DNA from: Chrysemys picta bellii
Lineage: Eukaryota
Assembly (NCBI RefSeq): GCF_011386835.1
Contig: NC_088793.1
Location: 104,904,001-104,968,000 of the forward strand
DNA: 64,000 nucleotides
Direction: 5' to 3'
In this document: piece by piece, positions 1 to 13,178 of the stretch
Numbering within the stretch: position 1 is the stretch's first letter
Layout: the number at the start of each line of letters is the position of its first letter
Program-made: the position numbers and the translations under genes
Notes under the pieces: generated by a model
What the model was told of the DNA's origin: nothing
Databases searched by the model: none
Seen by the model: only the letters and a program-made list of their open reading frames with translations

Positions 1-348
1 AAGTGTGTGTCATAGATATAACTTGGCAGATATTAAGAAGAATTGGATCTTAATAAAGAAGGCCAGCCTACCATTTTTTACAGATTATCTGTAGGGCAGA
101 TCATTGGTGCCAGCTCTGTTATCTCAGTTTCCGTAATGGGATAAAGAACATGGTTTTCCTTAATAAAGTCCTTATTTATGTAGATCAGGAGAGGGTTTTG
201 CAGAAATGGGATTAATTATATTCCTTAAGTGGGTGGGTTTGGTTTTTAAAAGGTTCTGGCAGCATCAGGCATATCAGTATCCTGCCTTATATTTTTTAAA
301 TGCCCTTTCAGTTACCATCAATGTTTGGTTTTTTGTTTCTTTCTGTAG

Positions 349-448
349 ATTCTGGGATTTTTCCAAGCCTAACCCCTTGCTGGAGACTGTGGAGCATCAT
401 ACAGAGTTTACATGTGGACTAGATTTAAGCCTTCACAACCATGGTCAG
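349..448 (+). CDS. PEX7: PEX7 (PTS2 receptor, WD40) penultimate coding exon
   Basis: Polypyrimidine tract plus AG at 347-348 and GT at 449-450. The 100-bp exon encodes (R)[33 protein letters not shown], matching human PEX7 [34 protein letters not shown] as recalled. Confidence 0.96.
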
Positions 449-777
449 GTAACAGATTAGATGATTTTATGTTTCACTTGTCTATTACAGCCAATACAAT
501 CACAGCTGAATTGCAGACTCCATCATGAGCAGCAGCCATCGGTTTGTAGAATGCCTCAGGCAAAGGATCTGGCTGAATGCAGGTTAAAATAAAACACATG
601 TAGTTCCATTTTTATTTGAGAAATGATTACTTGTCTGTGAATGGGGCTGGGAAGAAGTTGCAAAAGCAGACAGAGTTGAAATCCATATTGATTGCAGGTG
701 GAAGCAAAAATTACTTTGATTTGGTAACGAGAGTACTTGAGAAGGTGCCAGGTTCAGATCTAGGGTTCAGATCTGCT

Positions 778-876
778 TAGAGATGGGCCAATCATTAAAT
801 ATTAGAATACTAGAACTGAACTTCTCCAAAGTTCAAGAATGCTAGGATGTTGCCTTTTGCTTTAAGCCCACCTCTA
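778..876. mobile_element. Old hAT-like MITE remnant
   Basis: Terminal inverted repeat TAGAGATGGGC / GCCCACCTCTA (10/11). No TSD recognisable. Confidence 0.35.
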
Positions 877-1934
877 GAGGAGACCAAATACATGATTTTA
901 ATTATAGAAATCCCAAACTTTAATGTCCTGGGGGATGAGATTTAGTAAATCAAGGCTAATCATTTGAGTATTGATTGTCCTGGGATTACTTGAGTCTACA
1001 TCTGTGTAATAGTTTAGCGGCTAGAGTAAAGCCAAGTAAATTCACCCTTTGGCAGTGGATAATATATACATATAGATGGCATTACATTTAACTGCTCCTG
1101 AGTTTGTGCAACAGAAAAAGGGAAGTGATGGCTTATAGGTGACTCATATGCTTTGTATGTATTTGGTTTTAATCTATCGTGTGACATCCAGCTGTCATAG
1201 CAGTGAGTGCTGAAATAAAGAAATATGTATAATGAAGTCAAAATATGACTAAGAAGTAATTGAAATAAATCTTTGAAATGCACATGCAGAGAATCTCAGT
1301 GGCTTCCAGTTTGACTATCTGTTGCCTCTCTCTAGCTTCCACTTTGAGCCTTTTCTTAATAATCTAAAGATTTGGAATGTGTATCTAAGAGCAATACTAT
1401 TAGTACAGTTGTAGTTGTTTAAGCCAAGAGAGTGGGTGAGCTGTAGTGCAAATTGTATGAATCAGTTTGCTTTGTCAGAAACATTAAGGATACAGGGTTT
1501 ATTTAACCAGACATGATTGGATTTTTTTACCCCCAGGTTGTATTTAGATCTCTCCGTGCTGAAATAATTGAAACCTGATTCTGTTTACTGTACAGCTGAG
1601 GCAGGTACAGCATGTTGCCTACCGTGCACAAATCAAATCAAAATGGTATTCTGATATATAATAAACATTATTTCTCCCAATATCCAAAATATGCTAGACC
1701 AAACAGTGAGCTGTTATTACCCTGTACAGATGTCTAGGTCATCTAACTTCAAATAACTTTTTTAGATCATAGTAGGGGAAGGCTCATGGTAATTGAGAGA
1801 AATATGCAAGATGAACAAATAGAATTCCCCCTTAGGCTCAGACTACACTAGGTTTTTACTTTTCGTTTACAAACTGTGTTTAAACATCCCTCCAACTAAA
1901 ACAGCTTCTGACATGGTGTGGGCAGCTAGTGTCA

Positions 1935-2091
1935 GGGTAGGTCTACACTCAAGAAACTGCGCCGCTGCAGCATTTCCCAGCGGCGTAGTTAATCCACCTC
2001 TGCGAGAGGCGGTAGCTATATTGATGGGAGAAGCCCTTCCGTGGACAATGATGTAGTGATATCTATGTATGTTTGTAGCATAGACCTGGCC
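1935..2091. mobile_element. PIF/Harbinger-type MITE
   Basis: Ends GGGTAGGTCTACAC / GCATAGACCTGGCC, with a 3-bp TSD TCA on both sides (1932-1934, 2092-2094). Confidence 0.75.
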
Positions 2092-4129
2092 TCAGTGAGG
2101 CCAAATGGTTTTAAATGTTTTAAAACCCATGAAAAGATTGGGTAGGGACTTTTATTATAGGGCCTCTTTCCCATACAATACTGTCCTTCCCTAGTTTTTT
2201 TTCTGCTCATAGTCCTAGGGCTCTTTTGAGGCTCACCTGGGTATATATTTAGACACCATTTAAAGGAAAGTGTCCTTTAGACTTGAATTCAGACTACACC
2301 ATGGAATCACCTATGGTTGTTCCAAAACTCAACAAAAACATAGTAGCAAATTGAGTGGCTGTGTCGTTTGTCTATACAGAGTTCAATGGGTCTGGCTTCA
2401 GAGGAGGCCTTCTGGCATATTCTATTCTAGAGTGGGACTTCATTGTTGAATACCCGTGCACGGGGTGAATTTCACCTATAATGAATAGTAGTACTATACA
2501 TAATGGAAATAAGGCACATCCTACAACCATATCATGTTCCAACTCATATCATATGGTCCCTCTCTTCTTCTTTGGTTGATTTTTGTATTGTGATAGCTCT
2601 TAGGAGCTCTTGTGATGAACCACGATCCCATTGTGCAAGGTGCTATACAAAAACAGACCGAAAAGACAGTGGTGAGCCCATCTGAACTAGCTAAGGGATG
2701 TGCCAAATGTCATTTTGTTGGGGTAGATTGTGCCAAGGCAGTTGAACAGTTGAGCTTGTGGCAGGTTATATCAACTAACAGGGGAGATTCACACTATGTA
2801 AGTCTTTCAAAGAAGTAGCTGTTGCCACCAGGGAAGTAATCTTAAAACTTGTTAGGGGGCAGCTTGATTGAAAATCAACAAAATTTTGTGTTTTGCAATT
2901 TGAGCTGGACGCTGCGATCATGAATTAGTGTTTAATCAGCTCTTATTTGTGTGACTCAGAAAATAGCCACAAATAGCAAAATTTAAAAATACAGCTACAT
3001 TGAACATCCAATTCATCTTGTCATGACACTGAAATTATTTCTACAGGAGTATGAAGAAATAAGAGGAATATTACTTTGCATATCATAAATTGCATGAAAT
3101 TGTGGACTTTTGTTGTTCTAAAGCTGCCTAATGCTCAAGGCAAACATGAGAAAAATGAAAGCCCTGGATTTGTTTGAAAGCCTTTCTTCATTTCTATGCC
3201 TACTTATCAGGTCCGCTCTGCACACCACAGAGAGCACCCAGTGCTGTGTGTAAATGAATGCTTTCTATTGAGCAGGTTCTTTCTTTGGCGGCTGTCTGAG
3301 AACAGGATGAGGATTTTAAAAGCGTTTTGGGGGGAATCCCTTCAGCTTCTCTTTACTGGATCTGTGAACTATGAGCTGCAATTAGTTTCCAAAATTGCAG
3401 TCCTGTGTGATTTTTAAAAGAACAATGGTGGTAACCATTTTCAAGCACTGATTACAGGAAGAATGTGTTAAACATATTTGACAGCAACATATCAAATCAG
3501 AACAGGCCGTTTACAATGTACAGTGCTGAAAAGTACAACCTGGGGTTTAAAAATGAATATGAAGAGGAATAAAAACACAATACTCCAGTTTGATTTGTCA
3601 TCTAAATGCAGGATCAGGCCTGGAATTTAAAACAGCTTGCATGCAACAGGGCACACAGTGTATATGCTTGATTTGCATACTTGTTTATTATGGTGGCATG
3701 AATAATCATTGTGATTCTGTATACAAGAGGATAGATGTCAAGTGGCTACTTGTACTGACAATTATGCATTTGTGCAATTCGAAGAGGTGTGGGAGCCAGA
3801 TTCTCTTGTTTACTCCAGACCTTTTGTGCTGTTGCTGCTGCATTTCCACAGTTGTGGATTTCCCCGACACAGGTCAGGTGACACAGATCTGGTTCCTCTT
3901 CCACCCACTCAGTACCTGACATAAGGAGTGTATCAAGATTGAGAGATACATGGTCAGAGTGCTGCTGTGCTCCAGCTAGAATGTGGCTGCTTAAAAGCCA
4001 TAGCTAGCCTATGTTGATTATGCTTAGAGGTCTGGCGAAGAATCTGGGCTTGGGTCTGAAAACCTTTCAGCTGAATGGGGACACTGTTGATCACGTGACA
4101 CAGAGTAGCGTTTTTTTCCTGGTATTCAT

Positions 4130-4295
4130 TTTCTTTCCTTCATCCCTCAGGCTGTTGTGCACTATACTACACACCAGCTGGCTGCATAGGTGCCGCCCTC
4201 CTCTCCAGAAAAGGGCTTGCATTTCAGTGGGATTGTTTGCTTATAATTTGTGAAGTGCTCTGGGCTCCTGCATAAAGGGCACTATACAAATAATA
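4130..4295 (+). mobile_element. Ancient AmnSINE/Deu-like SINE 3' fragment
   Basis: GCTTGCATTTCAGTGG motif followed by a TTGTGAAGTGCTCTGGG...GGGCACTATACAAAT tail. Related to the 55195-55420 copy. Confidence 0.4.
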
Positions 4296-6033
4296 TTCTG
4301 TAAATGTCTTCTACATTGTGGGACTTGAGGTGCAATATTTAATTAAAAAAAAATCAGGACAAATTAGAACATTTGTGGAAGTGACATTGTCAGGTTAAAA
4401 CAAGCAGGCCCAAGTCATGACGGCGAAAAGGCATGTGACAGCAGGGTGCAAAGGGAGCAGCAAGGTCAGAGGAATGGGCATATGAAATGGGAAGCAGGTA
4501 GATATGAGAACTGGAGATATAGAATAGTATTTTTTTAAGCATTTATGAAAATGTTACCCATATTCACGTGGTGAATTGTGGGTGCTTCTAGGAGGTTGAA
4601 TTTCATATGGAAAGAGAATCAATGAAGGGGTCAGAGAGGAACTGGCATGGTCAGAGTGGCACAGAGAAGTTCTGATCCATTTTAAAAGAAGTCTTCGAAG
4701 AAAAAGAGAACCCTCCCTACCCCCTGTGCAAATACTCCCTTTGTCATCTCTATCAGATGGAGGAAGGCTCAGCCGCCACCAAGTTTCTCCCCTTTGCCAA
4801 TGAGAGAATGGATGGAAAAGCCCTCTGCCAAATATAGCTATCTATAATACACAATCCAGGGTATCTTTGGCTCTGTGTGTGTTGTTATATGTATCTTACT
4901 CTAATCTCTCTTCTCCAAAGAATGATTGGGTTTTTGAGGCAGGCTACAAAATTACTCCCTTTCCACTGGCCTATATGTAAAGTGGGCTCCATTATAGCTA
5001 GGGAGTGAATATCCAGCCTGAGCTTTGTAATAGTTTCTGTAGAAGGTGGGGTCCATGTAGCTTGTTAGGATTGCCACGCTGTTTTTGTTTTTAAACTCCT
5101 GCAACTTTCTGTGGATGCGCATGCAGCTTGATGGTCAATTCCTCACAATGAAAAGACACCTGCTTATTTTGTTCTGTCTTTCACTGGCAACGATATCTGA
5201 ATGATGCTTACTGTCGGGCATAAGGCAGTTTAATGTATGTGATGGTGATACAGTTATTTGCTGTCTTAGATGGCACTGACTCTCTGCAATAAGAGCATAT
5301 AATAGTTTCCCTCAAATATTGCCCCGTATCTGTATAGTTATAAGGATTTCAAGATCCCTGTAAATTCCACTATAAATGCAGTTTTATTGATAACTTCACT
5401 GAGGAACAACCCCAAAATGTAGGTCAGTACCCCGCACTGGCAACGAATAAAGGCCATTGGAGGCTGTAAGTCTCACCTTTTTGCTCACTGTGTCATGGAT
5501 GACATAGAGTAGAGGTTTTCCCTGGTGTCCATTTCCTTTCCTCCATCCCCCAGACTGTTGTGTAGGTACAAGTTGTCTGAATGGGTTACTCCCTCTACTC
5601 CAAAGCGTATTTCAGTGGGATGGTTTGCAAGTGGCCTCCCTACCAGCCACTCAGAATGGTTCAAGCCACTCAGCCACGTTCAAGTGTTTCAGTACTTATG
5701 GATGGCTGAATAATGGCTCTTTTGTAGAAAGAAGGTCATTTTTTTAGGACCAAATATGAATTTAAATGGTGTCTTCAGTGGAGATGCTGTATTAGGTGTT
5801 CTGTTTGTATTTACACAAATCCTACTCTAGTCAGAGGCATTAACTAACTGTTGTAAAGCTGGAATTGTGTATTGTGGAAATTTTACTGGAAGATGCATAA
5901 ACTTCCTTTGCTCCTTTTTTTTCGTTTGGTTGGTTTTTGGGTATTTTTGTGTCTTGTTTGTTCTTTCTTTGTACACATAAGTTATGGAATTTAGATGTTC
6001 CACATGACTGTTGAAGCTATCATGCCCCTAGAA

Positions 6034-6618
6034 CAGGGGTAGGCAAACTTTGTGGCCCGAGGGCCACATCTGGGTATGCAAATTATATGGCGGGCCACGA
6101 ATGCTCATGAAATTGGGGGTTGGGGTGGGGGGGGTGAGGGCTGCAGCTGGCAGGGTGGGCTCTGGGGTGCAGGAGGGTGGGACTGGGGGTTCAGAGGGTG
6201 GGAGGGGGATCAGGGCAGGGGCTTGGGGCACTGGAGGGGGCCGGGGCGCAGGCTCTGGACGGTGCTTACCTCAAGCAGCTCCTGGAAGCAGTGGCATGTC
6301 CCTCCTCCAGCTCCTATGCGGAGGCGCGGCCAGGCAGCTCTGCGCACAGCCCCGTCCGCAGGCTCCGCTACTGCAGCTCTCATCGGCCTTGGTTCCCGGC
6401 CAATGGGAGCTGCAGGGATGGCGCTTGGTGTGGGGGCAGCGTGGTGTGGGGGCTGCCCCTACACATAGGAGCTGGAGGTGGGACATGCTGCTGCTGCTTC
6501 CGGGAGCTGTGCAGAGCGGGGCAAGCCCTAGATCCTGCTCCCCAGCAGGAGCTAGAGGGCTGGATTAACCGTCTGAAGGGCCAGATGCGGGCCTTGGGCT
6601 GTAGTTTGCCCACCCCTG
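6034..6618. mobile_element. Non-autonomous hAT (Charlie-like) DNA transposon
   Basis: TIRs CAGGGGTAGGCAAACT / AGTTTGCCCACCCCTG. 8-bp TSD CCCTAGAA / GCCTAGAA (7/8, CTAG-centred). Confidence 0.9.
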
Positions 6619-7037
6619 GCCTAGAAACATTTCACTGACTATATCTTTCCTCCCTCTTATGGCCGTTCTCAGCCACTTCTTTATACCTCTCAAGGCATTC
6701 CAGGTAAAGTTTTACAGTTTGAAATTCCTTGAGAGAAAAAGATCCCATTTTTTGTTTTAATTTGTGCATGGATTTCTTGGCTGGCTTTCTTAGTTGTTAT
6801 GAATGTTATTGGTGAATCCCTTTGTAGGCCTTTGCAAACATCCCTTTTGTTTGGGTAAAATTCATCCTTGTGCATAAGGAACCAGTGCAAGGCAAGACCT
6901 TATGTGCAACTTGCCCCCCCACACACACACACCAGGCTGCAAAAATGAGACTTAAGTGGTACATAGGCCTTGAGCTGGCCCTCTGACAAGGGTAAATTTC
7001 ACCCTTTGTCATTTCCTATTTTTAAAAATTCTTGGTA

Positions 7038-7211
7038 CACCGCTACCTTGATATAATACGAATTCGGGTATAACGCGGTAACGCAGTGCTCCGGGGGGGA
7101 GGAGCTGCGCACTCTGGTGGATCAAAGCAAGTTCAATATAACACGGTTTCACCTATAACAGGGTAAGATTTTTTTGGCTCCTGAGGACAGCATTATATCG
7201 AGGTAGAGGGG
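7038..7211. mobile_element. Tc1/mariner (Tigger/pogo-like) MITE
   Basis: TIRs CACCGCTACCTTGATATAAT / ATTATATCGAGGTAGAGGGG, flanked by a TA TSD (7036-7037, 7212-7213). Confidence 0.85.
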
Positions 7212-8847
7212 TATTTTTAAACTGTCCCAGTATAGGTAGTCTTTCACCTGTGAAGTGGAAGGGTTAATATCAGCACATTAGACCTGAGTTTTGTGAAAAC
7301 TATAGTTGCTACAGCCATAATAAAGTTCTGTGAAAGCTATAATGTCACTATTCTGGAACGGACTATCATATCAGCAGTCAAATATTTTCATCTCTTTGAT
7401 TTTAAAGTGTTATGAAAAGTGACTTCACGGATCACCTTCTTCTTCAACAGATTTTTCACCTTGTATGTGTGTTCAGAGTCATCTGATTTAGTGACTTAAA
7501 AGCTCTGACTGCTTTTTACTTTGGTTAACCATGCTGAACCAACACAGCAGAGAGTAAACTGGCTTCTGATTCTTTAGCAAAACTGTTTGCTTAGTGCCAG
7601 TGAGTTATACCTGTGCAACTCGATGGAAGACAAATAGGGTTTCATGAAGAGAATATTTGGCCTGTACCACTGTTAATTACTGGTGATTATTTAAAAAAAA
7701 ATGAAACCTTACTTGACTCTTAGATACAAAGATGGAGATTGCAGGGCTGGTGTTTAGGAAGCACGTTGTTTTGCTTGTAAACTGAATATATTTCATATGG
7801 AGTCACTGAGAAACAATAAACACAGAATCCCCACAGTGCCACTTTTAGAGTGTCATATGTCAGCATAGAATGGCAAATTAAAGTTTGGATTAAACCTTTC
7901 CACAAAACTGCATTGATTTTATCAGTAACTAAAGGATGGACTTGGTGTTCTTTAAAATAGCTCTTTAAAGATTCCTTTCTTTAAGCTATCTAACTTTGCG
8001 AGAGTGCATCCATTGCTGAAAATAGTTTTGAAAGCCCTCTGCACTTCACTGCCAGACTTGTCTTTAAGACCTGCAACTCAGGCAAATTTAGACAGCATAT
8101 CCTTCACCAGAAAGATGTAATAACTGTTGTGCTTAGAGGATTGTTTCAAGTCTACAAAATCAGCTCCCTGTTACATATTCCATATCAGATCAACAAAACA
8201 ACAGCCTTCTATCTTTTGAAATGGATCCTAGCCAGTTTGTATAATGTTCCAGAGACTTGATCATGAAGCTAGTCAGTTTCTGTTTTCAGCTCAGTGCTTT
8301 GTGACACTTTTTAATGGTCTGAAAAACAGGAGCAATGCCCCCCTCCAAATCTTTTCCCTTCTTGGGAGAGTAATACATTTCTTTAGCAATGTCTGGGACA
8401 TTGCTATTTCTGGTCAGTATATATAATTTGAATCCAGATCTATGTAAGAACTTCTGGCCAATTTTTAATTCCGTATTCATCACAAATGATTATACAAATT
8501 AGAAACAATGTGTAGGTTGAAAAATACCACACACAAACTCGAATGCTTGCAAATGAATGTTTTTTATTTTATTTTTATTTTTTTTACAAAATTACAATAT
8601 GCACCTCTCAATTTATGCATGAGGGTAGGGCTCAGTTACAGTTCATCTCTGATGCCTCTTGACCAAGAGTAGGGTCACAGTAATGCTTGGGGCTTTCTAA
8701 TCCAAGATGGAACCCCTTGTTATTTTAAACCAACAGATCCATACCTCAAACCCAGCAGGTTAAGAGCATAGGGGAGAGGGTTAGTGCCACATGGCAAGGA
8801 ACTCCCTGGTACGTAGCAGTGAGTTTCAGTTTGCCTTACCAGCCCAG

Positions 8848-9470
8848 TGTACTCCAACTCACTGTTATCATAACCTGCATCTCAAATGGGTCATGTGAAG
8901 TATTGTATGCGAACTGGTGGCACACAGGTGATTTAATATCATTGTGAAATGTATGTTTTAATGTTGTGTGAGGAATTATGGATACTCACTAATATTGTGC
9001 TTTAAAGTCTGACCAAAGAAAGGGAGAAAAACCGGTTTTCTCTCAGACAGGAGGGAAGACAGCTATCTACCTGTCTCCAGTGCAAATTAAGTTTGGTGGA
9101 ATCAAAACAATGGAAGTCATACAAATCAGCAAGGGGATAGGAAGTCAAGGGGATGAGAAGAACAGCATGAGGTCTTCCTATGTCTGGGGACAAAACAACA
9201 AGTTTAGGAAGATATAAGAAGAGAGAAGAAGCTATCTCTGCATCCATCATTGGACAGACACTAGGGGCCAAAGCTCTTGCAAGCTGAGAAAGATGGGCCC
9301 TTCATTCAAGGGGGTTGAAGTCTCTCAGAATTGAATATAAGTAAAAACTCAGCTTAGACAAAGATCTTTCACCTAGGAAGACCAGGGAAACCAGTATTTT
9401 GTACTTCTGTGGAAGGGGCCTGACTGGGAGAATGTTAGCCATATCTGGAAAAAAAAATTGGTTTTTCCAC
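8848..9470 (+). mobile_element. Truncated LTR-retroelement LTR (sense orientation)
   Basis: U3-like segment resembling the reverse complement of the other LTRs in the window. 3' part missing and boundaries approximate. Confidence 0.4.
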
Positions 9471-11571
9471 CTCTAAGGCAAACCAAACCAACCAGACAGA
9501 GAGGACTTTGATTTTACCCGACTGGCTAACCACAAGTCACACAAGCAATTGCTTTAGACACTCCAGTTTCCCAGTATCACCACCAGTGCCACTCGTTATG
9601 GGGACTAATGGTTATGAAAACCAATGCCCCAGTAAAAGAAAAAAGGTTCTCTCAATCCCAAAGGACCAACCCCCAGACCAAATCAGATCTTACCCACAAA
9701 TCATGCTGTTGCCAATCCTTTAGAATCTAAAATCTAACGGTTTATTCATAAAAGGAAAAGGATATAGATGAGAGCTAGAATTGATTAAATGGAATCAATT
9801 CCATACAGTAATGGCAAAGTTCTTGGTTCAGACTTGTAGCAGTGATAGAATAAACTGCAGGTTCAAATCAAGTCTCTGGAATACATCCACAGCTGGGATG
9901 GGTCATTCAGTCCTTGGTTCAAAGCTTCAGTGTAGCAAAGTCCCTCCAGAGGTATGAAGCAGGATTGAAGACAAGATGGAGGAGCTGCAGCAGCCTTTTA
10001 TAGTCTCTTGTCATGTGGCCTCTCTTTCTTTGTTCCAAAGACAAGCAATTCGGGCACATGGCAAGAAAAAACCTTACAGTTCTGTCCATAGGCATGTTCC
10101 TTAGTAAGGCATTTGATACGGTCGCGCATGATATTCTTATCGATAAACTAGGCAAATACAATTTAGATGGGGCTACTATAAGGTGGGTGCATAACTGGCT
10201 GGATAACCGTACTCAGTTGTTATTAATGGTTCCCAATCCTGCTGGAAAGGCATAACGAGTGGGGTACCGCAGGGCTCTGTTTTGGGACCGGCGCTGTTCA
10301 ATATCTTCATCAACGACTTAGATATTGGCATAGAAAGTACGCTTATTAAGTTTGCGGATGATACCAAACTGGGAGGGATTGCAACTGCTTTGGAGGACAG
10401 GGTCATAATTCAAAATGATCTGGACAAATTGGAGAAATGGGCTGAGGTAAACAGGATGAAGTTTAACAAAGACAAATGCAAAGTGCTCCACTTAGGAAGG
10501 AAAAATCAGTTTCACACATACAGAATGGGAAGAGACTGTCTAGGAAGGAGTACGGCAGAAAGGGATCTAGGGGTTATAGTGGACCACAAGCTAAATATGA
10601 GTCAACAGTGTGATGCTGTTGCAAAAAAAGCAAACATGATTCTGGGATGTATTAACAGGTGTGTTGTGAGCAAGACACGAGAAGTCATTCTTCCGTTCTA
10701 CTCTGCTCTGGTTAGGCCTCAGCTGGAGTATTGTGTCCAGTTCTGGGCACCGCATTTTAAAAAAGATGTGGAGAAATTGGAAAGGGTCCAGAGAAGAGCA
10801 ACAAGAATGATTAAAGGTCTTGAGAACATGACCTATGAAGGAAGGCTGAAAGAATTGGGTTTGTTTAGTTTGGAAAAGAGAAGACTGAGAGGGGACATGA
10901 TAGCAGTTTTCAGGTATTTAAAAGGGTGTCATAAGGAGGAGGGAGAAAACTTGTTCACCTTAGCCTCTAAGGATAGAACCAGAAGCAATGGGTTTAAACT
11001 GCAGCAAGGGAGATCTAGGTTGGACATTAGGAAAAAGTTCCTAACTGTCAGGGTGGTTAAACACTGGAATAAATTGCCTAGGGAGGTTGTGGAATCTCCA
11101 TCTCTGGAGATATTTAAGAGTAGGTTAGATAAATGTCTATCAGGGATGGTCTAGACGGTATTTGGTCCTGCCATGCGGGCAGGGGACTGGACTCGATGAC
11201 CTCTCGAGGTCCCTTCCAGTCCTTGAATCTATGAATCCTACATACCTTGCTGAGTCACTAGGTGTATCTGCCTTCTTTCAGTGGGTCAGTTGTATAGCTG
11301 ATGGTCCTTAATGGGCCATCAAGCAGGCTATGCAGTGCTGATGCCAAATTGTCTGGGGTGTCACCCAGAAGCATAGCATAAGTTTGAAATACAGACAGTA
11401 TAGAGCCAATATTCATAACTTTAAATACAAAAATGATACATGCACCCATATATCATAATCATAACCAGCACATCACAATCTTGTCTTAGACACCTTACCA
11501 GACCCCCTTTATACAAGATCTGGTGCCACTACAGGACCTTGGCTGCAACAATGATCCATATGGTCCCAGTA
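9471..11571 (-). mobile_element. LTR-retroelement LTR, interrupted by CR1 (10101-11237) and cut off by a second CR1
   Basis: Block CAATATTCATAACTTTAAATACAAAAATGATACATGC (11408-11444) is shared with the 24130-25081 LTR (about 24910-24946). The sequence reads continuously across the CR1 (GGCATGTTCC|CTACATACC). Confidence 0.6.
10101..11237 (+). mobile_element. 5'-truncated young CR1 LINE (ORF2 RT C-terminal part + 3'UTR)
   Basis: ORF 10282-11154 (290 aa) with FADD RT motif, HLGRKN and [16 protein letters not shown]1 signatures. 3' hairpin GACCTCTCGAGGTC and (AATCTATG)n terminal repeat. Confidence 0.97.
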
Positions 11572-13178
11572 CATAGGGAGAAGGTGACCAGCCCTCTGTG
11601 AAGAAAGAAGTAGTTCCGGACTATTTAGAAAAACTGGACGTGCACAAGTCCATGGGGCTGGATGCGCTGCATCCGAGGGTGCTAAAGGAGTTTGCGGATG
11701 AGATTGCAGAGCCATTAGCCATTATTTTTGAAAACTCATGGCGATTGGGGGAGGTCCCGGATGACTGGAAAAAGGCTAATGTAGTGCCCATCTTTAAAAA
11801 AGGGAAGGAGGAGGATCTGGGGAACTACAGGCCAGTCAGCCTCACCTCAGTCCCTGGAAAAATCATGGAGCAGGTCCTCAAGGAATCAATTATGAAACAC
11901 TTAGAGGAGAGGAAAGTGATCAGGAACAGTCAGCATGGATTCACCAAGGGGAAGTCGTGCCTGACTAACCTAATTGCCTTCTATGATGATATAACTGGCT
12001 CTGTGGATGAGGGGAAAGCAGTGGATGTGTTATTCCTTGACTTTAGCAAAGCTTTTGATACGGTCTCCCACAGTATTCTTGCCACCAAGTTAAAGAAGTA
12101 TGGGCTGGATGAATGGACTGTAAGGTGGATAGAAAGCTGGCTAGATCGTCGGGCTCAACAGGTAGTGATCAATGGCTCCATGTCTAGTTGGCAGCCAGTT
12201 TCAAGCGGAGTGCCCCAAGGGTCGGTCCTCGGGCCGGTTTTGTTTAATATCTTTATTAATGATCTGGAGGATGGTGTGGACTGCACTCTCAGCAAGTTTG
12301 CAGATGACACTAAACTGGGAGGCGTGGTAGATACGCTAGAGGGTAGGGATCGGATACAGAGGGACCTAGACAAATTAGAGGATTGGGCCAAAAAAAACTT
12401 GATGAGGTTCAACAAGGACAAGTGCAGAGTCCTGCACTTAGGACGGAAGAATCCTATGCACTGCTACAGACTAGGGACCGATGGCTAGGTAGCAGTTCTG
12501 CAGAAAAGGAGCTAGGGGTCACAGTGGACGAGAAGCTGGATATGAGTCAACAGTGTGCTCTTGTTGCCAAGAAGACTAACGGCATTTTGGGCTGTATAAG
12601 TAGGGGCATTGCCAGCAGATCGAGGAACGTGATCATTCCCCTTTATTCGACATTGGTGAGGCCTCATCTGGAGTACTGTGTCCAGTTTTGGGCCCCACAC
12701 TACAAGAAGGATGTGGAAAAATTGGAAAGAGTCCAGCAGAGGGCAACAAAAATGATTAGGGGTCTGGAGCACATGACTTATGAGGAGAGGCTGAGGGAAG
12801 TGGGATTGTTTAGTCTCCAGAAGAGAAGAATGAGGGGGATTTGATAGCTGCTTTCAACTACCTGAGGGGGGTTCCAAAGAGGCTGGTCTCAGTGGTGGCA
12901 GATGACAGAACAAGGAGCAATGGTCTCAAGTTGCAGTGGGGTAGGTCTAGCGTGGATATTAGGAAACACTATTTCACTAGGAGGGTGGTGAAGCACTGGA
13001 ATGCGTTACTTAGGGAGGTGGTGGAGTCTCCTTCCTTGGAGGTTTTTAAGGCCCGGCTTGACAAAGCCCTGGCTGGGATGATTTAGTTGGGAATTGGTCC
13101 TGCTTTGAGCAGGGGGTTGGACTAGATGACCTCCTGAGGTCCCTTCCAACCCTGATATTCTATGATTCTGTGATTCTA
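11572..13178 (+). mobile_element. 5'-truncated CR1 LINE, second subfamily, with frameshifts
   Basis: Overlapping ORFs 11598-12488, 12383-12844 and 12841-13086 give [26 protein letters not shown] and FADD. 3' hairpin GACCTCCTGAGGTC and ATTCTATG/ATTCTGTG terminal repeats. Confidence 0.97.

Noticed and set aside
206-348. N-terminal part of the 84-aa ORF 206-460
   Set aside because: Intronic sequence upstream of the PEX7 acceptor. Only 349-448 matches PEX7.
6028-6638. Several overlapping 70-170 aa ORFs on both strands
   Set aside because: Stop-poor GC-rich interior of a non-autonomous hAT, with no transposase motifs.
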